Source: Eukaryota sp. GEM-RC1 (lineage: Eukaryota). From it: DNA of 64,000 nt. A model generated the notes under the pieces. It did no database searches. It was not told the origin of the DNA and saw only the letters and a list, made by a program, of their open reading frames with translations. Positions 58,968 to 64,000 of the stretch are shown piece after piece. Position 1 is the stretch's first letter. Each line of letters begins with the position of its first letter. The stretch is from assembly GCA_040285855.1 (NCBI GenBank), contig JAUFOQ010000006.1, forward strand, positions 682,001 to 746,000, written 5' to 3'. The position numbers were made by a program, and so were the translations under genes.

Positions 58968-59569
58968 CAATGTGCGTAAATCTTTGGTACGTACCGTACG
59001 TACCGATTTATTTTATCCGTACCGATGTCATTTGATTCTACAAAAAGCCTGTTTATGAATGATCAAAATGTATTTACAAATACTATTTTTTGAGTGGAGG
59101 ATCAATCACTAGTCATACAAGGTACTAGTACAAATTGCTACTGCATCATTTGATCGTTTAGAAATCCAATCTGTGGGTTTTTGGGCCCGTTATCATTGTT
59201 ATATTCCGTCGTAGCCACTCAATACATACATTGCGATTCGAAGACGCTACTACTATTGTTGCTGCGGAGCGATTAATGAGCTTCGTTCGTAAAAATGTCA
59301 TTTTGGGGAAGTGGTGGTCAGCAAATGACGAACCCCAAATGTGAATATGTGTGACAATCACTATTTTGATATCCTGAGCATTGTTTAACGGTGTAATTTA
59401 TGACGATGGTAACTGTTAAAATCTCACATTGGCTCATCATGTTCAAAATAGTAATAATGTATTTTAGTTGGTCAGAAGTACAGTACCGGTACTTGTACCG
59501 GACGTACGTAATTACGGTACGGTACGGTACGCCTACAATCGCCACGGTACGGAACATTTGCGTTCCATG
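58968..59569. mobile_element. hAT-like MITE with GTACC/GGTAC subterminal repeats
   Basis: 8-bp TSD GTGCAGAC (58960-58967, 59570-59577). Imperfect CA...TG TIR (9 of 14). GTACCGTAC arrays at both ends. Confidence 0.7.
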
Positions 59570-59626
59570 GTGCAGACTAACTATAAAATAAGTCATGAAT
59601 TAAATTTATAAAAAGTATCCAATGTA

Positions 59627-60790
59627 TTAATGTAAATCAAACCAGCAATCATACAGCAAACTGTTCAAGTCTTCATCAACCATTTGGAAAACAACACTTG
59701 TGTTCACTTCACTTCCAGGAATGATGAACTCCATTAAGTGTTGAACAAATGCATTGGCAGTTTCAGCACACAAACAAAGACTATCACAGTTAACCCTCAA
59801 CACTTGAGCTTTCTCACTTAGACAACAAACCTCTTCCAGAAGTTCTGATGGAGCCTTGTCAGAAACAATGAGGTAGTCACAGTCTGACCATGGAGCAATT
59901 TTGACAAATCTTGGTCTTTTCGATTGATGAATATCTCTTAAATAGCGGATATGATTGTCGTTCAGCATTTGTCGAAAACACAAACGTCTTGGATCCCGCT
60001 CCGGATGCAGCAATCCTTCAACATAACCTGCTAAGCTAGGAGGCAAACCAGAGCAATCAGGAGGAGGACCTACCTGCAACTCACCTATTTCTTTTTCCAG
60101 TGCTTCTACAGGCTTCATGTAATCCTTAGGAATAAATGGCCACCGTCCAATAATCATTTCGTACAGCATTACTCCCAGTTTGAAGTAGTCAGTCGAAATG
60201 TCATGAGAAGGTTCAGTACTGCCTCTTTGCATCTCTCGAGGATTGTATAGAAGTGATCCGAGACCTTTAGTTTCGAATTCTGTTCCATCAATATTGCGGA
60301 CGTGACCAAAGTCCATCACCACAAAGTCACCATTTTCGTCCAGCAAGATGTTTTGAGTTTTGAGATCACGATGGCAGATCTTCAAACTTTCATGAAGAAA
60401 GTCCACAATGTTGATGAGTTGAGCAACGCGCTTCCACATTTCATCCCCCGAATAGGTTCGTCCTGTGTTGTGCAGATTTCCTTTCTTACCATGAATGTGA
60501 TTATGAAGATCTCCTCCACAAACATAATCCATCAATATTGTTGTTTCACCTGATTCTGGGTTGTCGTCGAAAGCGTAATAGCGGATAACGTTTGGATGTT
60601 GCGGAGTGGAATTGTGGAAGAATTGTTCTCTCGCGATCTCACTTTTGTGCGCAGCTTTGGTTGGTATGTATGTCTTGAGTACGGCAAAGTTTCCTGTCAG
60701 CTTGTTCACACATTTCTGAATCTTTACATGATCTCGGGGCATTGGGGCAACTGTGCATTCAACTTCTGGATATAAAGAGAAGATAGTCAT
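59627..60790 (-). CDS. Ser/Thr protein kinase
   Basis: AVLK, HPNVI, HRDLKTQNIL, DFG, YNPRE, DYFKLGVMLYE. Confidence 0.9.
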   Translation of the reverse strand: MTIFSLYPEVECTVAPMPRDHVKIQKCVNKLTGNFAVLKTYIPTKAAHKSEIAREQFFHNSTPQHPNVIRYYAFDDNPESGETTILMDYVCGGDLHNHIHGKKGNLHNTGRTYSGDEMWKRVAQLINIVDFLHESLKICHRDLKTQNILLDENGDFVVMDFGHVRNIDGTEFETKGLGSLLYNPREMQRGSTEPSHDISTDYFKLGVMLYEMIIGRWPFIPKDYMKPVEALEKEIGELQVGPPPDCSGLPPSLAGYVEGLLHPERDPRRLCFRQMLNDNHIRYLRDIHQSKRPRFVKIAPWSDCDYLIVSDKAPSELLEEVCCLSEKAQVLRVNCDSLCLCAETANAFVQHLMEFIIPGSEVNTSVVFQMVDEDLNSLLYDCWFDLH

Positions 60791-61294
60791 GTGTTAAAGA
60801 ATTTGAAATTTTAAAATCCATATCTAAACATCTTTCAGTAACACGTGTTAACAAATAATATTTAACATGGACTGTTGTGAAAACAATCAGACCAATCAGA
60901 CAGGTGAACTCATGACGCAGGAACAATCATTGTAGTAGAAGGATGAACAATCATTAAAGCTCCCAGTGTGTGACGATGTTCAATTATGGTGAATCCGGTT
61001 ATCTGTTATCATAGGGGCTGTGAAGCGGAACAGAATTAAAGGCATGACGTATATGCGTTTCTGAAAGCATAATATCTTGGCTGGGAAATATTTTTTTGGA
61101 CGTCCATTGTCGTTTCAGTTTTCCCAACTGCAGGATCTGTGAAATTTATTTGAGATATCAATGTCTGCTCTACCCGTTTAACACCAAGCGGTCTTCAGAA
61201 AAAACAATAACAATATGAGTCGTCAGTATTGAATTTGATACAAATAAATACAAGATGACAGAGGGGTACTAGTCTTTATTATAAATGTAATAGA

Positions 61295-61562
61295 TCAAAC
61301 AACTAAAATTTGATGTCATTAAAACAACACCCGTCGCTATCAAACCTTACAACAGCTTTGTCCTCATAAAAGGCACTCACTGCTAATAAAGCTTTGGAGA
61401 TGATTAGGGGAACTGTTTTAAAAACAGTAAAAACGATCCGATTCAACCATAACATATGATCAAAACGTTTGTACATCCTATTTTTTACGATTTTTCCGAA
61501 ATCGTTTAAAAAATTCATTGCACTTTTCCTAAACGTCCGTAAATTGGAAACAGCAAAGGGTG
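61295..61562 (-). mobile_element. 3' fragment of RLE-type retroelement family C
   Basis: PFAVS...NFLNDFGKIVKNRMYKRFDHMLWLNRIVFTVF; homologous to 56066-56335. Confidence 0.7.
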
Positions 61563-61587
61563 ACAGAAGTAATATATGTATAATATT

Positions 61588-62589
61588 TTATTTACAGAAC
61601 ATGTTTCGAACTCGATGAATTCCGCTTACAGTTTTTAATTTTGCTTTTTTCACTCCAGATGTTATAGAATACATTGATCCCGTAATTGGAATTAAAACAG
61701 TTGACAAACCCACGAAGAAATAATTGACCAATAGCCAACCAAATGCTTTTAGTTTCCGATGATCACGCGAACTTAGAGTATCTTCTAACAGACAAATTCG
61801 ATTTTTGAGTGAATCAATGCTTGACTTGTAAAGACTTTCAATCAGCTGATGACTATTTTCTAGAGATTTCATTTGTTGGTCGATCGACTGTTGATGTTCC
61901 AGTACTAGAATTTTAAAGGCATTGAAATCGTCACCAAGAGATTTTAAATTATTTAAACAATTAGAAATTTGTTGTGAATTTGTTTGAGATACCGATGACA
62001 ATTCTTCTTGTTTAACTTGGTCATTATTTAAAATTTGACGTAACTCCGATATCGAATTGTCAAACTCTTGTTGAAACTTTGAAATCTCATTGTTAAAGAT
62101 TTCCAATATGCGATCTTCATTCATGGAAGCTTGTATTGGCATGGGAGAATTTTGGGGTATTACAGACGTTTCTTCCGGCAGACCATCATTTTTGATTGAA
62201 TCATCATGTAATGCTTCCTGAGAATTCTCGTGTTCAGTTTGTTCTGTGGAAGGATGATCTGATGACGTGATGGGACTATGGGAGTTGAGACTAGGTTCTG
62301 GGTGAATTGATGGCGGTGAAACAGAAGTATCTTGATGTTGTTTTCGTTGGTTCAGGAGTTCTTTTCGTTTCTGCAGCAGTTTGAATCCACGGGTGCCAAA
62401 GAGAGATGTGGTAGAAGAGGATGACGACGGTGGTTCGTCAAAAGAAGTAGAGGGTTTTCCTGATAATCTGGATTCTCGAAACGAAGCAAGTTTTTCTTTC
62501 GGACTTTGTTTATGGAGAACGGAATATTGTTCTTTAAGCTTTTGACGAGCCTCTTCTACATCGGAGGAGACAACAGGTGGTGCATTCAT
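61588..62589 (-). CDS. Coiled-coil protein with a C-terminal hydrophobic segment
   Basis: 333-aa ORF with low-complexity N-half, heptad-rich middle and AFGWLLVNYFFVGLSTVLIPI. Confidence 0.7.
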   Translation of the reverse strand: MNAPPVVSSDVEEARQKLKEQYSVLHKQSPKEKLASFRESRLSGKPSTSFDEPPSSSSSTTSLFGTRGFKLLQKRKELLNQRKQHQDTSVSPPSIHPEPSLNSHSPITSSDHPSTEQTEHENSQEALHDDSIKNDGLPEETSVIPQNSPMPIQASMNEDRILEIFNNEISKFQQEFDNSISELRQILNNDQVKQEELSSVSQTNSQQISNCLNNLKSLGDDFNAFKILVLEHQQSIDQQMKSLENSHQLIESLYKSSIDSLKNRICLLEDTLSSRDHRKLKAFGWLLVNYFFVGLSTVLIPITGSMYSITSGVKKAKLKTVSGIHRVRNMFCK

Positions 62590-62598
62590 GATGTGATA

Positions 62599-64000
62599 AT
62601 GGACGAAGATCTAGTCTTGAAATTTCTTGGTGAAGGTGTTTCTACACTTATGTCTCTTCCTGAACTCCCACAAGAACTTAGCCAGTCTCTTGAACATAAT
62701 GACCCTGAATGTGCAGACTCTGGTCATCTTTTTACTACTCCCTCATTCTCTCTTACTCCTGCTCAACAGAAGGTTGTAGACCATCATACTGGCCCTTGTC
62801 TCTGTGTTGCAGCTGCAGGAAGTGGTAAAAGTAGCACTCTTGTGGAGAAAATAGTACATCTAATCCAAAACCAATCAGTAGATCCTTCCTCTATATGCCT
62901 TCTTACTTTCACTCGTAATGCTGCTGAACATATAGTAAAGAGAACAATTAAATCTGTTGGTATTGGAGCTGAAACCATTTGCAAGGGAACCTTTCATTCT
63001 GTTGCTGCTAGATTTTTAATGAAATATTCTACTTTATTAGACATGAATTGGAATGAATGGAAGTTAGTTGATCGAAATACTAGATTTTTTAATTCAATGT
63101 TAACCAAATATTTAAATACTGTCCATTCAAAACCTTCACTTCCTCCTGGATCTGTTTTAAATGAATTGTACAGCTTTTCTTTGTATGAAGATGTTTCTGT
63201 TATTGTTAATGGAAGAACTGATTTTGAAAAGTATGCGGATATGATTGGAAATATTTTAAGTTTTTTCGAGTTTGTTGATAGCCAAAAGTTCGACAAAAAA
63301 TCTATGATTTTGATGATATTTTGACGTATTTCAAGCGGCTTATTATGTTAGAACCGGATATTGTTTCAAATATTTTCAAATATCTGTTAGTAGATGAAGT
63401 TCAAGATTGTCGATCGACAGAGCATGAAATAATTGAAATTTTTGTTGAAAATAATATCAACGTCACCATCATTGGTGATATTAACCAATCAATTTACGGT
63501 TTTAGAGGGGGACGACCTCAATTATTTGAAAATTTTCCAGCTCGTTTCCCATCTACCACAATTTTAAAATTATGTGAAAATTTTCGTTCCACCCAACAAA
63601 TCCTTGATCTAGCTAATTCTCTTGTCGAATCATCGTCTTCTGCCCTATCTGCTCCAATGATCACGTCAACAGATAAATCAGGGTCAGTACCTGAGCTCTT
63701 TATGTTTGAAAATGATTTGGCAGAGTGCAGTCAAATTGTTGCAAAAATTCAAAAATTCATTTCTGACAGTGTTCCAATGTCCGAGATTGCAGTTTTGTAT
63801 CGGACTAATAACGTACCGCTACTACTAGAGTTCCACTTAGCTCTCGGCCAGATTCCTTTTAAAAGAGGCGGAAATCGAAAAGGAGAAAGTTTTTTCAATT
63901 TTATCCATTGTATTCTACATTTGGCAAATTCTTTCGTCAGTCCGCCAGTTTTCAAACAAATGCTGGCTTTTTTTGGAGTTTCAACATCACAACGAAATTT
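62599..64000 (+). CDS. UvrD/Rep/PcrA (Srs2-like) SF1 helicase, partial; apparent frameshift at 63295-63300
   Basis: LTPAQ, AAAGSGKS, LTFTRNAA, GTFHS, then YDFDDIL, LLVDEVQD, IGDINQSIYGFRG, ENFRST, IAVLYRTN. Confidence 0.92.

Noticed and set aside
60839..60850. Palindrome TAACACGTGTTA upstream of the kinase
   Set aside because: A single occurrence, not seen at a comparable position before other genes, so chance cannot be excluded.

Overview
AT-rich DNA from a compact microbial-eukaryote genome. The evidence is eIF3j, PARG, glucosidase I, a cyclin, kinases, and 28-31 nt GT-AG introns with the branch point fused to the acceptor. A metamonad-like protist is my inference and is unverified. Host genes are: a TmcB-like membrane protein, a PIN/XPG-like protein, an atypical adenylate kinase, PARG, three BCAT (ilvE-type) genes, an MLKL-like 4-helix-bundle kinase next to a large LRR protein, eIF3j, a cyclin, two CBM20-GT4 glycosyltransferases (one with an internal BTB domain), GH63 glucosidase I, a Ser/Thr kinase and a UvrD-type helicase. 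Mobile DNA is dense: three families of RLE-type non-LTR retroelements, hAT-like MITEs with 8-bp TSDs, and a long-TIR element. The most unusual element is a complete 6.65-kb Ty3/gypsy element with identical LTRs of only 66 bp, a gag ATG inside the 5' LTR, and a 14-bp palindrome where a tRNA primer-binding site would normally sit. Many genes carry 1-nt frameshifts at short homopolymers. These are most simply read as long-read assembly errors, so the gene models below are reconstructed across them.
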